DNA of 54,700 nucleotides from Candidatus Nomurabacteria bacterium (GCA_026395895.1 JAPLXV010000021.1:1-54700); one strand, 5' to 3'; numbered from the stretch's first letter, positions 36,809-47,166 are shown. Numbers and translations are program-made. Notes: generated by a model from the letters alone, not told the origin.

Positions 36809-37756
36809 TTATAGACTAACCCCAATATTTTCTCTAACTTCTTCCATTTTTTTGGATGCTATTACTTTTGCTTTGGCGCTACCTGCTTTTAAAATTTCTA
36901 ATGCTTTTGGAATATCTTTGGAAAATTCTTTTCTTTTCTCTCGCAACGGTGCAACAAATTTTTCTATATCTTCAACTAATATTTCTTTTAACTCTTTATA
37001 TTTCCCTTCTTTCTCTTTATAAATCTTTTTTAGTTCATCCTCACTTCGGAAAAGTTTATGAATGGCATAAACATTTTTTGGTACTCCTCCGCTCGAATCA
37101 GTCACTATAGCCATTACACATTTTTTTACCTCATCATATTCGGCAAAAAGTGGAATGATATTATTATAACTTTTAGACATCTTGCGTCCATCCAGACCCG
37201 GCACTATTTCCATATTTTTTATAATCATCGGTTCGGGCAATTTGAATGTATCGCCGAAAATTCGGTTGAATTTTTCGGCTGTATCACGGGCAATTTCTAC
37301 ATGTTGTTTTTGATCTTGTCCTACTGGCACAATATCTGGGCTATACAGCAAAATATCGGCAGCCATCAGCATCGGGTAATTAAAAGTACCGACATCAATT
37401 TCTTTATTTTTCGCTTCAGCATCCTTGAAGGCATGCGCTCGCATTAGATATGGCATGGTGGTGATGGTATCAAAAACCCAAGCAAGCTCAGTGTGTTCAG
37501 AAATATCAGACTGTTTAAACAAAGTTACTTTTTTGGGGTCAAGGCCTATAGCTAAATAATCAAGCAGAACATTGATAATATTTTCCTTCATTTCTTTCTT
37601 GTTTTTAAGTGAATGAAGAGCGTGATAGTCAGCTATAAAAATATAGCTATCATAGCTGTCTTGTAGGTCCACAAATTGCTTCATGGCGCCAAAATAGTTG
37701 CCAATATGAGGTTTGCCTGAAGGTTGAACGCCTGACAATAACACTTTTTTAGACAT
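36809..37756 (-). CDS. trpS: Tryptophan-tRNA ligase
   Basis: SGVQPSG..HIGNY, YP.LMAADILLY, VPVG.DQ.QH.E, KMSKS. Confidence 0.96.
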   Translation of the reverse strand: MSKKVLLSGVQPSGKPHIGNYFGAMKQFVDLQDSYDSYIFIADYHALHSLKNKKEMKENIINVLLDYLAIGLDPKKVTLFKQSDISEHTELAWVFDTITTMPYLMRAHAFKDAEAKNKEIDVGTFNYPMLMAADILLYSPDIVPVGQDQKQHVEIARDTAEKFNRIFGDTFKLPEPMIIKNMEIVPGLDGRKMSKSYNNIIPLFAEYDEVKKCVMAIVTDSSGGVPKNVYAIHKLFRSEDELKKIYKEKEGKYKELKEILVEDIEKFVAPLREKRKEFSKDIPKALEILKAGSAKAKVIASKKMEEVRENIGVSL

Positions 37757-37773
37757 GCCTTAATTTTACAAGA

Positions 37774-37872
37774 AAGAAGTAGATTTTGCAAAGAATTTCT
37801 GAGCCTTCGCCCTCGGAGTCATAAGGACAGGGAACCCACGACTCTTAAAATTCTTTGCAAAATCTACTTCTT
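37774..37872. repeat. 99-nt MITE-like element with perfect 25-bp terminal inverted repeats
   Basis: aagaagtagattttgcaaagaattt / aaattctttgcaaaatctacttctt. Confidence 0.75.
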
Positions 37873-37948
37873 AATTCTCCACATTTTAATAACATACTTA
37901 TGCATTTTGGGGCTTGGACTATTTTTTTACTATGCTAGAATGTCCCTA

Positions 37949-39340
37949 ATGGCTAAAATAAAGAAAGATAATTTACGTATTCCCCCTCAGAGTATTCCAT
38001 CAGAACAAGCAGTGCTTGGATCTATTATGCTTCGTAAGGATGCTATTCACGAAGTAGAGGACGTCATCAGTCCAGATTCTTTTTACGTTGAAAAACATAA
38101 ATTAATTTTCAAAGCGATGCTTGACCTCTCTCTTAAGAATGAACCAATTGATATGCTTTCTCTTTCCACTAAATTGGGCGAACAAAAATTATTGGAAAGA
38201 ATCGGAGGTAATCAATATTTAGCAGAAATAGTAAACACTGTTCCCTCTTCTACTAACGTTAAGCATTATGCTGAAATTGTGCAGAAAAAATTTGTTTTGA
38301 GAAGTTTGATAGAAGCGGCTGATTATGTTTCCGAACTTGGTTTTGAAGAAGGCGATGATCATATGACTGATATTTTAGATATGGCGGAGAAAAAAATCTT
38401 CAGCGTAATTTCCTCTCCTAAAAGTCAAAAATATATAAATTTGAAAGATGCTTTGCCTGAAGCTTGGGAACGATTGGAAAGATTACATGAGCACAAAGAT
38501 GCTTTCCGAGGATTGCAGACTGGTTTTCGAGATTTAGATAATACTCTTTCCGGTTTACAAAAATCTGATTTGGTTATTTTAGCTGCCCGCCCTTCCATAG
38601 GTAAGACCACACTAGCGCTTGATATTGCTCGTATGTCTTCAGTAAAAAATGGAAAATCGGTTTTAATATTTTCTTTGGAAATGTCTTCTCAGCAATTGGT
38701 GGATAGAATGCTCTCAGCTCAATCTAGAGTGAATGCTTGGAATTTACGTACCGGACACTTGTCGTCTGATAGAGATTTTTCGCAACTTCGAGATTCTTTA
38801 GATAAATTGGCTAAAGCAAAAATATATATTGACGATACACCTGGCAATTCGATAGTCAGAATGAAGGCTTTGGCCCGCAGGTTAAAAGCTGAAAAAGGAC
38901 TCGACCTTATTGTTGTTGATTATCTACAGCTTATGACCACTTCTAAAAATTATGATTCTATGGTCAATCAAGTGACAGAAATTTCAAGGTCATTAAAAAG
39001 TCTAGCCAAAGAATTGGATGTGCCAGTGCTTGCTCTCTCACAGCTTAATCGTGCTGTAGAGTCTCGTGGCGGTAAACCAAGATTGTCAGACCTCCGTGAT
39101 TCAGGTTCTATTGAACAAGACGCAGATGTGGTAATGTTCATTCATCGAGAAGATATGGGTAAAGATGAATCAGAAAAAACAAATGTGGCTGAAATTTTGA
39201 TTGAAAAACACCGCAATGGTCCAACCGGAAAAGTTCAACTTTATTTCGATGCAAAAACAACCACTTTCTTAGATCTAGAAAAGAGTAGCATGAGTGAATT
39301 TTCTCAAGCCAAAGCAAGCGGAGAATTGGATGAATTTTAA
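37949..39340 (+). CDS. dnaB: Replicative DNA helicase
   Basis: PPQS..SEQAVLG, AARPSIGKT, VDYLQL, LSQLNR, SDLRDSGSIEQDAD, KHRNGP; no intein; start 37949 or 37940. Confidence 0.96.
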   Translation: MAKIKKDNLRIPPQSIPSEQAVLGSIMLRKDAIHEVEDVISPDSFYVEKHKLIFKAMLDLSLKNEPIDMLSLSTKLGEQKLLERIGGNQYLAEIVNTVPSSTNVKHYAEIVQKKFVLRSLIEAADYVSELGFEEGDDHMTDILDMAEKKIFSVISSPKSQKYINLKDALPEAWERLERLHEHKDAFRGLQTGFRDLDNTLSGLQKSDLVILAARPSIGKTTLALDIARMSSVKNGKSVLIFSLEMSSQQLVDRMLSAQSRVNAWNLRTGHLSSDRDFSQLRDSLDKLAKAKIYIDDTPGNSIVRMKALARRLKAEKGLDLIVVDYLQLMTTSKNYDSMVNQVTEISRSLKSLAKELDVPVLALSQLNRAVESRGGKPRLSDLRDSGSIEQDADVVMFIHREDMGKDESEKTNVAEILIEKHRNGPTGKVQLYFDAKTTTFLDLEKSSMSEFSQAKASGELDEF

Positions 39341-39341
39341 A

Positions 39342-39953
39342 ATGAACACCATAGAAAAACTAACTGAAATTTTTAAAGAATTTCCTGGCATCGGCGAAAG
39401 ACAAGCTAAACGCTTTGTTTATTTTTTGATGTCTAAAAATGGAAGTTATTCTGAAAATTTATCTTTGATGATAAAAGAATTAAAAAAGGACACTGCCCAA
39501 TGTACCGAATGTTTTAAATTTTTTCTTTCCGATAATAAAAAAGAAGACGTATGCGAAATCTGCACGGATGCAAATGCTGATACTTCTGTACTTTTGGTTG
39601 TGGAAAAAGATTCTGATTTAGAAAGTATTCATAAGAGTAGAATATATAATGGAAAATATTTTATTTTGGGAGGGCTAGTGCCGATTGTTGAAAAAAATAC
39701 AAATACAAAAATAAGAATAAGTGAGCTAATTAGTAAAATAAAAAAGGAGAAAAATTTAAAAGAAATAATTTTGGCTTTTTCATTAAATCCTCAAGGCAAT
39801 CACACTGATTTCTACGTCCGAAATCAATTAAAACCTGTTACCGAATCTCTTGGTATCAAAATATCTTCTTTGGGCAAAGGCCTTTCCACTGGCACCGAAT
39901 TAGAATATTCTGACAACGACACCCTCAAAAACGCCCTAAAAAATAGACAATAA
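39342..39953 (+). CDS. recR: Recombination mediator RecR
   Basis: PGIGERQA.R, C4 zinc finger, TOPRIM VVE..D, G.ELEY.D..TL..AL..R. Confidence 0.9.
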   Translation: MNTIEKLTEIFKEFPGIGERQAKRFVYFLMSKNGSYSENLSLMIKELKKDTAQCTECFKFFLSDNKKEDVCEICTDANADTSVLLVVEKDSDLESIHKSRIYNGKYFILGGLVPIVEKNTNTKIRISELISKIKKEKNLKEIILAFSLNPQGNHTDFYVRNQLKPVTESLGIKISSLGKGLSTGTELEYSDNDTLKNALKNRQ

Positions 39954-39983
39954 AAAAAATTCCTGACAATCAGGAATTTTTTT
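39953..39983. terminator. Bidirectional terminator between recR and rplU
   Basis: aaaaaaattcctga-caa-tcaggaattttttt. Confidence 0.7.
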
Positions 39984-40300
39984 TATTTTATAGCTAGAAT
40001 TTTTACTTTAAAGAATGGCTGGCGGTGGCCGTTGCGCTTTAGATAACGAGATTTTTGTTTATATTTTACAACCATCACTTTTCGAGAACGGCCGATTTGC
40101 ACCAATTCAGCTTCTACACTAGCGTCTTTAATATAAGGAGTACCGATAGTGGTATTTTTGCCATCATCAACTAAAAGAACCTTATCAAAGGAAATCTTGT
40201 CTCCCACTTTATATTCCCCCGTAATTTTCTCAATAGAAACTAAGCCATCTTTTGAGACTTTATATTGTTTCCCGCCTGTTTGTATAACTGCAAATTTCAT
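39983..40300 (-). CDS. rplU: 50S ribosomal protein L21
   Basis: FAVIQTGGKQYKV, IGTPY, GHRQ. Confidence 0.96.
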   Translation of the reverse strand: MKFAVIQTGGKQYKVSKDGLVSIEKITGEYKVGDKISFDKVLLVDDGKNTTIGTPYIKDASVEAELVQIGRSRKVMVVKYKQKSRYLKRNGHRQPFFKVKILAIK

Positions 40301-40362
40301 ACTTTTCATATTATATTACTTTTGTTGAAAAAGCAACTCTTAGGTGTTATAATAAGGCTTAT

Positions 40363-41379
40363 ATGCAATCAAAAATTATTGAAAGATATTTTTTCTTTAT
40401 TTTATTATTCGTTACCTTTATTTTTTCTTTTTTAATTTTTCGCCCTTTTTGGGTGGTGTTAGTACTAGGTGTTTCTTTCTCTATCGTGTTTTCCCCTGTT
40501 TATGAATGGCTCAATAAAAGATTATCAAATTGGCTATCAGCCCTTTTAACCGTGCTTCTCTTCATCATCATAATTGGCGGATTACTTTTTGGCATAAGTA
40601 TTATACTTTTAAATCAAAGTCAAAGTGTTTACAATATGTTTGCAAATACTGGAGACACTTCCCCTTTTATAGATTCAATAAATAATTCTATCAATAAAAT
40701 ATTACCTTCAGGTATATCTTTTAATCTATACGAAAAAATCACAAATGTTATTTCTGTTATAACAAATAATATAGCTAGTGTTTTTACTTCCACTTTATCT
40801 ACTCTTTTTTCTCTTTTTCTTACCTTCTTATCTATGTTCTTTTTCCTAAAGGACAACAAAGTATGGAAAAGAGCAATCAAAATATTAAGTCCACTTTCTG
40901 ATACAGATGATGAAAAAATAATAAACAAACTTTCTCTAGCAGTAAATGGCATTATCAAAGGATATCTTTTTGTCGTTATTATCCAAGGAACATTGGTCAG
41001 TATTGGATTTGCTATATTTGGAGTGCCAAATCCAGCACTGTGGGGTTTGGTAGCAATGGTCACTGCCCTTGTCCCGACTATCGGTAGCGGTCTTGTTTCC
41101 ATTCCAGCTATAATATTTCTTGTGGCAACAGGACACACAATGAGTGCTCTAGGTCTTCTGGTTTGGGCAGTAGCCATGGTTGGAACAATTGATAATATCT
41201 TAAATCCAGTTATCGTTGGCAGTAAAATAAATTTACCTCCTTTGATAATTTTATTTTCTGTTCTAGGTGGAATTTCGCTTTTGGGTCCAGTCGGCATTTT
41301 GGTCGGACCTTTAACCATCAGTTTGCTTTATACTCTCATCTCAATATATAGAAACGAATTTCAGCATAGTAGTTCATAA
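40363..41379 (+). CDS. AI-2E family transporter
   Basis: Multi-TM; P.IG, DNIL.P, GG..L.G..G...GP. Confidence 0.85.
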   Translation: MQSKIIERYFFFILLFVTFIFSFLIFRPFWVVLVLGVSFSIVFSPVYEWLNKRLSNWLSALLTVLLFIIIIGGLLFGISIILLNQSQSVYNMFANTGDTSPFIDSINNSINKILPSGISFNLYEKITNVISVITNNIASVFTSTLSTLFSLFLTFLSMFFFLKDNKVWKRAIKILSPLSDTDDEKIINKLSLAVNGIIKGYLFVVIIQGTLVSIGFAIFGVPNPALWGLVAMVTALVPTIGSGLVSIPAIIFLVATGHTMSALGLLVWAVAMVGTIDNILNPVIVGSKINLPPLIILFSVLGGISLLGPVGILVGPLTISLLYTLISIYRNEFQHSSS

Positions 41380-41388
41380 CTAATTTTT

Positions 41389-42744
41389 ATGTCATTAAAA
41401 TTTTACAATACTCTGACTAGAGAAAAAGAAGATTTCTCCCCTATTGATTCAAAGGAAGTCCGAATGTATACTTGCGGACCGACGGTTTATAACTATCCGC
41501 ATATCGGAAACTATCGCGCTTATATTTTTGCTGACATATTGAAACGTGTTTTAGTATATGAAGGCTTTAATGTAAAGCACATAATGAATCTGACTGATAT
41601 AGATGATAAAACCATTCTTAATTCGCAAAAAGAAGGAAAAACATTAAAAGAATTTACAGAATTTTATACTCAGGAATTTTTTAAAGATATAAAATCTTTA
41701 AATATTTTGAATCCAACTAAGTTTACGAAGGCTACCGATTATATCGACCAGATGGTTAGTATTATAAAAAAATTAATGGAAAATGGTTTGGCTTATAAAA
41801 GTGCCGACAACAGTATTTATTTTGATATCAAAAAATTCAAAAATTATGGGAAACTTTCACATCTTGTTTTAGAAAACCAAAAAGAAAATGCCTCCGGTAG
41901 AATTAAAACCGATGAATACGAAAAAGATAATGTTCAAGATTTTGCCCTTTGGAAAGCATGGGACAAAAAAGATGGAGATGTTTTTTGGGAAACAGAAATA
42001 GGCAAGGGTCGTCCAGGCTGGCACATAGAATGTTCTGCTATGTCTATGACAAATCTAGGAGAACAAATAGATATTCATACTGGCGGAGTGGATAATATAT
42101 TCCCCCATCACGAAAATGAAATCGCTCAATCCGAGGGCGCTACCGGAAAAGAATTTGTAAAATATTGGATGCATAATGAATGGGTACTGGTTGATCAGAA
42201 AAAAATGGCAAAATCTTTTAATAATTTCTATACCCTAAAAGATATAACAGACCGAAAAATTGACCCCATTGCCTATAGATTTTGGCTCTTAATGGCAAAT
42301 TACAGAACCAGGGTAAACTTCGTCTGGGAAGCCTTAGAAGGCTCAGAAATAGCCTTAAAACGCCTATATAAGCTCTATATGGAGCTGGGCAAGGACATAG
42401 GTGAAATAAGCACTAAATACCAGCAAAAGTTCAAAGAATACCTAGAAGATGATCTAGACACACCGAGGGCACTTTCCTTGCTTTGGGACGTAATAAAAGA
42501 TGAAAATCTTTCTCCCGCAGACAAAAAAGCAACTATTTTAGATTTTGATAAAGTATTAGGACTTGGTTTTGAAAATTTAAAAGAAGAAAAAATTCCAAAA
42601 GAAATTATAAAATTAGCCGAAGAACGCGAAGAGGTGCGTAAAAATAAAGATTTTAAAAAGTCCGATGAATTGCGAGATAAAATAAATTCTCTTGGTTATG
42701 AAATAAAAGACTCTTCCGACGGATATAAAATAAATAAAATCTAA
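41389..42744 (+). CDS. cysS: Cysteine-tRNA ligase
   Basis: CGPTVY..HIGN, GRPGWHIECSAM, FPHHENE, KMAKS. Confidence 0.96.
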   Translation: MSLKFYNTLTREKEDFSPIDSKEVRMYTCGPTVYNYPHIGNYRAYIFADILKRVLVYEGFNVKHIMNLTDIDDKTILNSQKEGKTLKEFTEFYTQEFFKDIKSLNILNPTKFTKATDYIDQMVSIIKKLMENGLAYKSADNSIYFDIKKFKNYGKLSHLVLENQKENASGRIKTDEYEKDNVQDFALWKAWDKKDGDVFWETEIGKGRPGWHIECSAMSMTNLGEQIDIHTGGVDNIFPHHENEIAQSEGATGKEFVKYWMHNEWVLVDQKKMAKSFNNFYTLKDITDRKIDPIAYRFWLLMANYRTRVNFVWEALEGSEIALKRLYKLYMELGKDIGEISTKYQQKFKEYLEDDLDTPRALSLLWDVIKDENLSPADKKATILDFDKVLGLGFENLKEEKIPKEIIKLAEEREEVRKNKDFKKSDELRDKINSLGYEIKDSSDGYKINKI

Positions 42745-43710
42745 TTATTTATCCCAATTAAATCCTCTGCCAAAATGACCCCATTTTGCAGTTTCGGCAA
42801 ATTTTATATTTTCCAAATTCAACATTTTTTTAATTCCCCTTGGAGTTAAATCATACCCTTCTATTTTTATTTCTTTTCCATCCAAAATAGCCACCGCCAT
42901 CACCGGTTCAGGTTTGCCGATAGCATAAGCGAGTTTTACAAATACTTCCTTAGCTTTACCATTTTTTACGTAATCTACTGCTATCTTTCTAGCAATATAT
43001 GCCCCACTTCTATCTACTTTGGTACAATCTTTTCCAGAAAAAGAGCCACCACCAATCGACATTTGAGGTCCATAATTATCTACTACGAGTTTTCTACCTG
43101 AAAGACCACTGTCCGCTTCAAAATTGCATAAGCCATTTGCATCACAACTACCGATGCTCCATTCTCCAGCTGGATTAATTAAATATTCATCCGCTTTAAT
43201 AATACTTTTTACTAACGGTAATAAGTCAGTATTTTTTGTATTTTGAAAACTTACTACTACTGTCTTTATTTTATCTCCATCAATAGTAACCTGCGTTTTT
43301 CCGTCATAAGGATATTTTTCATAAACTTTCATACAAAGATTTCGAGCCAATTCATATTCTTTCGGCATCATATTTTTTGTTTCGGCAGTAGCATAGCCTT
43401 TCATTATTCCTTGATCACCTGCCCCGCCTGTATCTACACCCTGAGCAATTTCCGGACTTTGTTTAGTAAGATTAATATTGATTTTACAATTTTTTCCGAT
43501 TATTTTTCTAATAACTGACTCTAAATCTGGATTGGCTTTACTTGTCACTTCACCATTTACAGTAAGAAGATTGTGTCCACCAGTTACTTCTATCCCTGCT
43601 CGAGTATCTTTATCTTCTACTAGATATGCGTCTAAAATTGAATCAGCAATAAAATCACAAATCTTATCTGGATGCTTAGGACTCACAAATTCTGCTGTTT
43701 TTATACTCAT
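42745..43710 (-). CDS. metK: S-adenosylmethionine synthetase (compact form)
   Basis: HPDKICD, GAGDQG, DGKTQV, SGRKL..D.YG, GGG.FSGKD.TKVDRSGAY, GHFG. Confidence 0.92.
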   Translation of the reverse strand: MSIKTAEFVSPKHPDKICDFIADSILDAYLVEDKDTRAGIEVTGGHNLLTVNGEVTSKANPDLESVIRKIIGKNCKININLTKQSPEIAQGVDTGGAGDQGIMKGYATAETKNMMPKEYELARNLCMKVYEKYPYDGKTQVTIDGDKIKTVVVSFQNTKNTDLLPLVKSIIKADEYLINPAGEWSIGSCDANGLCNFEADSGLSGRKLVVDNYGPQMSIGGGSFSGKDCTKVDRSGAYIARKIAVDYVKNGKAKEVFVKLAYAIGKPEPVMAVAILDGKEIKIEGYDLTPRGIKKMLNLENIKFAETAKWGHFGRGFNWDK

Positions 43711-43785
43711 AAATGAATTTATATTTTAATTTCTAACGTAATTCATTATAACGGAAATTTATATTTCTGACAACCTAAAAACTTA

Positions 43786-44304
43786 TTATTTTAAAAATAA
43801 ATTTTTAACTTTTGCTAATCGTTCTTCTGGTGTACCAACTATCTTAATAAATGGAATTTCGTGCTTTTCTAAAATGTCTCTAATGCGCTGGTCTATATCT
43901 TGTTGAAATTTTATATCCGTTGTTCGAACACCATCATCTTCAATAGAAAATTCTCCACTTGGCAAATACAAAACCAAATCATAATTACTAAATTTCGGCA
44001 CCAAAGTTTTAGTTGCAAATTCAATCAGGTCCGATTCTTCAGAAAACAAATGATGTATGTATGCCAGTATATCTATGCCACATCGATCAGCCACCCACTT
44101 TCCCTCTCCGTTTTCTAACTCAATTTGTTTGGCAATTAACCAAAGTTCTGTCTCTGCCGTCGCAGTTTGATCAAGGTTGTATCCTGATTCCTTGGCCAGT
44201 CGTGCCGCTTCAGGTAAAATTTTGAAATCAGGGTAATCTTTATTTATTTGTTTGGCTAAAGTGGTTTTACCCACACCTTGAGCGCCAGTAATTGCAATTT
44301 TCAT
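43786..44304 (-). CDS. P-loop kinase/ATPase (AAA_28, NadR/Ttd14-like)
   Basis: GAQGVGKTT, EAAR, DR..ID..AY, EDDGVR; start MKIAI at 44304. Confidence 0.8.
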   Translation of the reverse strand: MKIAITGAQGVGKTTLAKQINKDYPDFKILPEAARLAKESGYNLDQTATAETELWLIAKQIELENGEGKWVADRCGIDILAYIHHLFSEESDLIEFATKTLVPKFSNYDLVLYLPSGEFSIEDDGVRTTDIKFQQDIDQRIRDILEKHEIPFIKIVGTPEERLAKVKNLFLK

Positions 44305-44305
44305 T

Positions 44306-45565
44306 TTATTTAGTTCCATCTCTCCATTCATTCATATATTTTTTTTGTTTAGATGTTAATTTATCTATTTTCATTCCAAAATTTTTTAACTTTAATTCAG
44401 CGATTTTTTGGTCAAGCTTTTCTGGTAAAATATGCACGTCTTTAGAAAGATTTTTATAATTTTTCAAAATAAATTCAGCCGCTAAAGCTTGATTAGCAAA
44501 ACTCATATCCATCACTTCTGCCGGATGGCCTTTAGCACAACTAAGATTTACTAATCGTCCACCAGCTAATATATAAATAGTTTTACCATTTTTAAGTTTA
44601 TACATTTCTACAAAATCACGAAGAATTTTTTTGGTTTTTGTTATTTTTTGTAAAGCTGGTAAATCAATTTCCACATCAAAATGTCCAGAATTGGACACAA
44701 TACATCCATTTTTAATAGTCTTAAAAGTTTCAGCGTTGACAACACTCGTATTACCAGTAACTGTACATATAAAATCAGCTTCGCTTGCCGCTTTTGCCAT
44801 TGGCATTACACGAAAGCCATCCATCAAAGCTTCTAGGGCTTTGACTGCATTTACTTCAGTAATTATTATATTGGCTCCCATTCCACGCGCCCGCATGGCA
44901 AGACCCTTACCACACCAACCATAGCCTGCGATAACAAAAACAGAACCAGCAATAAGTTTATCGGTTGCTCGAATTATTCCATCTAGCGTAGATTGACCAG
45001 TGCCATAACGATTATCAAAAAGATATTTCGTGGTGGAATTATTAACTGCAATTATTGGGAAAAGCAGTTTTTTTTCTTTTGCCATAGATTTTAAACGAGT
45101 GACTCCTGTTGTTGTTTCTTCTGTTCCTCCTTTCACCTTACGTATTTGATCCTTTCTAGATTTATGTAACATTGAAACTAAATCAGCTCCATCATCCATA
45201 GTTATATCAGGTTTAGCATCAAGTACAGAATTTATATGAGAAAGATATTTTTTGTTACTTTCCCCTTTTATAGCAAAAACTGGAATTTTAAAATATTTTA
45301 CAAGTGCAGCCGCCACATCATCCGATGTAGAAAGTGGATTGGAAGCACATAATACTATATTGGCACCACCTTCCTTGAGGGCTATCATTAAATTGGCAGT
45401 TTCTGCTGTTACATGAAGACATGCGCCAATGGTAATTTTTTTGAATAATTTTCTTTTCTTAAAATCTTTTGCAATTTCCGCTAATACGGGCATATCTTTA
45501 CTGGCCCAATTAATTTTCTTTATCCCTTCAGATGCTAAATTTATATTTTTTATATCATATTTCAT
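44306..45565 (-). CDS. ahcY: Adenosylhomocysteinase
   Basis: HVTAETA, DDGADL, EETTTG, FDNRYGTGQS, GYGWCGKG, GRLVNL..GHP..VMDMSF. Confidence 0.95.
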   Translation of the reverse strand: MKYDIKNINLASEGIKKINWASKDMPVLAEIAKDFKKRKLFKKITIGACLHVTAETANLMIALKEGGANIVLCASNPLSTSDDVAAALVKYFKIPVFAIKGESNKKYLSHINSVLDAKPDITMDDGADLVSMLHKSRKDQIRKVKGGTEETTTGVTRLKSMAKEKKLLFPIIAVNNSTTKYLFDNRYGTGQSTLDGIIRATDKLIAGSVFVIAGYGWCGKGLAMRARGMGANIIITEVNAVKALEALMDGFRVMPMAKAASEADFICTVTGNTSVVNAETFKTIKNGCIVSNSGHFDVEIDLPALQKITKTKKILRDFVEMYKLKNGKTIYILAGGRLVNLSCAKGHPAEVMDMSFANQALAAEFILKNYKNLSKDVHILPEKLDQKIAELKLKNFGMKIDKLTSKQKKYMNEWRDGTK

Positions 45566-45624
45566 TTAGTCATTATAACAAATATTTTGCAAAAGTGAGA
45601 GTTATTTAGTACTATTAAACCAAC

Positions 45625-46518
45625 ATGATAGACAGGATAATAAACACGGAAGATATAAAAGATGCTGACACTGTTTTGTTTAGCGTGCCATATGAAAATG
45701 GTATTTCTTTTATGAGTGGCACAGCTAAAGCTCCTGCAAAAATTATAGATTGCCTAGATAACTATCTAGAGCTTTTTGATGTGGATTTACTTTGCGAACC
45801 AGCGAAATTGTTAAAAACAGCTCATCAGGAAATTACTGGATTAGAAAAATTTATTCCCGAAGAGGCAATGAAAAAGATTAGTTCTGTATATCAGAAATTT
45901 ATTGATCTTAAAAAATTCACTATTCTTTTAGGTGGTGCCCATACAGTTTCTTTTGGGGCATTAAAAGCAATTTCTCAAAAAGAAAACCCAAAAGACATAA
46001 CCATATTACAAATAGATGCTCATCAAGATTTACGTGATAATAATTGTGATTACGATGAAAAATGCGAAAAATTCGCTCATTCTTGCGTAATGCGCAGAGT
46101 GCATGATCTTGGTTTTAACTTGGTGCAAGTGGGAATCAGAACTTTTTCCAAATACGAATATAATTTTGAAATGGAAAATAAAAAAACAATCACTGTTTTT
46201 CCATGGACTAAAAACAGCAAAATACCAAAAATTGAAGATATCATAAAATCAATTAAAACAGAAAAAGTTTATCTATCTCTTGATGTGGATGGCATAGATC
46301 CGAGTTTTATGCCAGGTACCGGCACACCCGTGCAAGGAGGACTCGATTGGAACTATACTCTCAATTTGATGGAAAAATTATTTGAGAAAAAAAACGTGAT
46401 AGGGGCAGATATTGTAGAAGTTTCTCCGCAACAAAATTCTGTTCTCACTGAATTCGGTGCATCATTGCTTTGTTATAAAATGATGACCTATAAATTTAAG
46501 AAAAAACTTCTTTCTTAA
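45625..46518 (+). CDS. speB: Agmatinase (ureohydrolase family)
   Basis: GGAH, DAHQD, QVGIR, SLDVDGIDP..PGTGTPV.GG, ADIVE. Confidence 0.85.
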   Translation: MIDRIINTEDIKDADTVLFSVPYENGISFMSGTAKAPAKIIDCLDNYLELFDVDLLCEPAKLLKTAHQEITGLEKFIPEEAMKKISSVYQKFIDLKKFTILLGGAHTVSFGALKAISQKENPKDITILQIDAHQDLRDNNCDYDEKCEKFAHSCVMRRVHDLGFNLVQVGIRTFSKYEYNFEMENKKTITVFPWTKNSKIPKIEDIIKSIKTEKVYLSLDVDGIDPSFMPGTGTPVQGGLDWNYTLNLMEKLFEKKNVIGADIVEVSPQQNSVLTEFGASLLCYKMMTYKFKKKLLS

Positions 46519-47086
46519 AAAACTTTTTGTGAAGAATAGTAAAACTAATTATTGAGTTAATCACTATGAAATAAATACCCAAAGAGTATATAGAAAAGCT
46601 CCATTCCTTTATTATTAATAATCCTATTATATTATTAAAAATTCCCAGTAGATAAAGATAAGCATTTTCTGTTTCCGGGAATTTCCAAGATTTAACAATA
46701 GTTGGTATAGCAGCTAGCCCATCGCTTAAAATTACAAAAAGAATAGAAATTTCTAAACTATGCGTAAATACATAAAGTACTAGAGCCAATAAAGCAAGAA
46801 TCCCGCATACTAAATCAAAAAGTGTAATTTTCCAATAACCATTTTTCAAAATTAAAGAATAAATAATAACTAAAAGCGGACAGAAACCTGCCGCAAATAC
46901 AGGAAATACAGAAAAGCCTGCTCCTGCTTTTAATTGAAAATATACTCCCAAAAATGGAGCCAACATCCAAATAAACCAAGAAACTAAATTTGGTTTAGCG
47001 TGTCCCAAATACATGCTTCTCAAATAAATAAAATCTCCTACAAAACTTACCATAACTGCAATGATGATTATTTTTTCAGGCAACAT
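46496..47086 (-). CDS. Hypothetical multi-pass membrane protein
   Basis: About seven hydrophobic segments; KPN..SW..W, PT..KSW..P.TE. Confidence 0.7.
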   Translation of the reverse strand: MLPEKIIIIAVMVSFVGDFIYLRSMYLGHAKPNLVSWFIWMLAPFLGVYFQLKAGAGFSVFPVFAAGFCPLLVIIYSLILKNGYWKITLFDLVCGILALLALVLYVFTHSLEISILFVILSDGLAAIPTIVKSWKFPETENAYLYLLGIFNNIIGLLIIKEWSFSIYSLGIYFIVINSIISFTILHKKFFKKEVFS

Positions 47087-47166
47087 AAATTTTACTACTT
47101 ATCACTTTTACACACCTGTTAAAAATTGATAATGTTTCAATCTACGTCATGGCGTAGATGCATTTT

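Noticed and set aside
37907..39340. Intein in DnaB
   Set aside because: Normal length with contiguous motifs.
40629..41318. 229-aa antisense ORF and other short shadow ORFs in the track
   Set aside because: They lie opposite or within well-supported genes and show no motifs; expected shadows of hydrophobic-codon genes.
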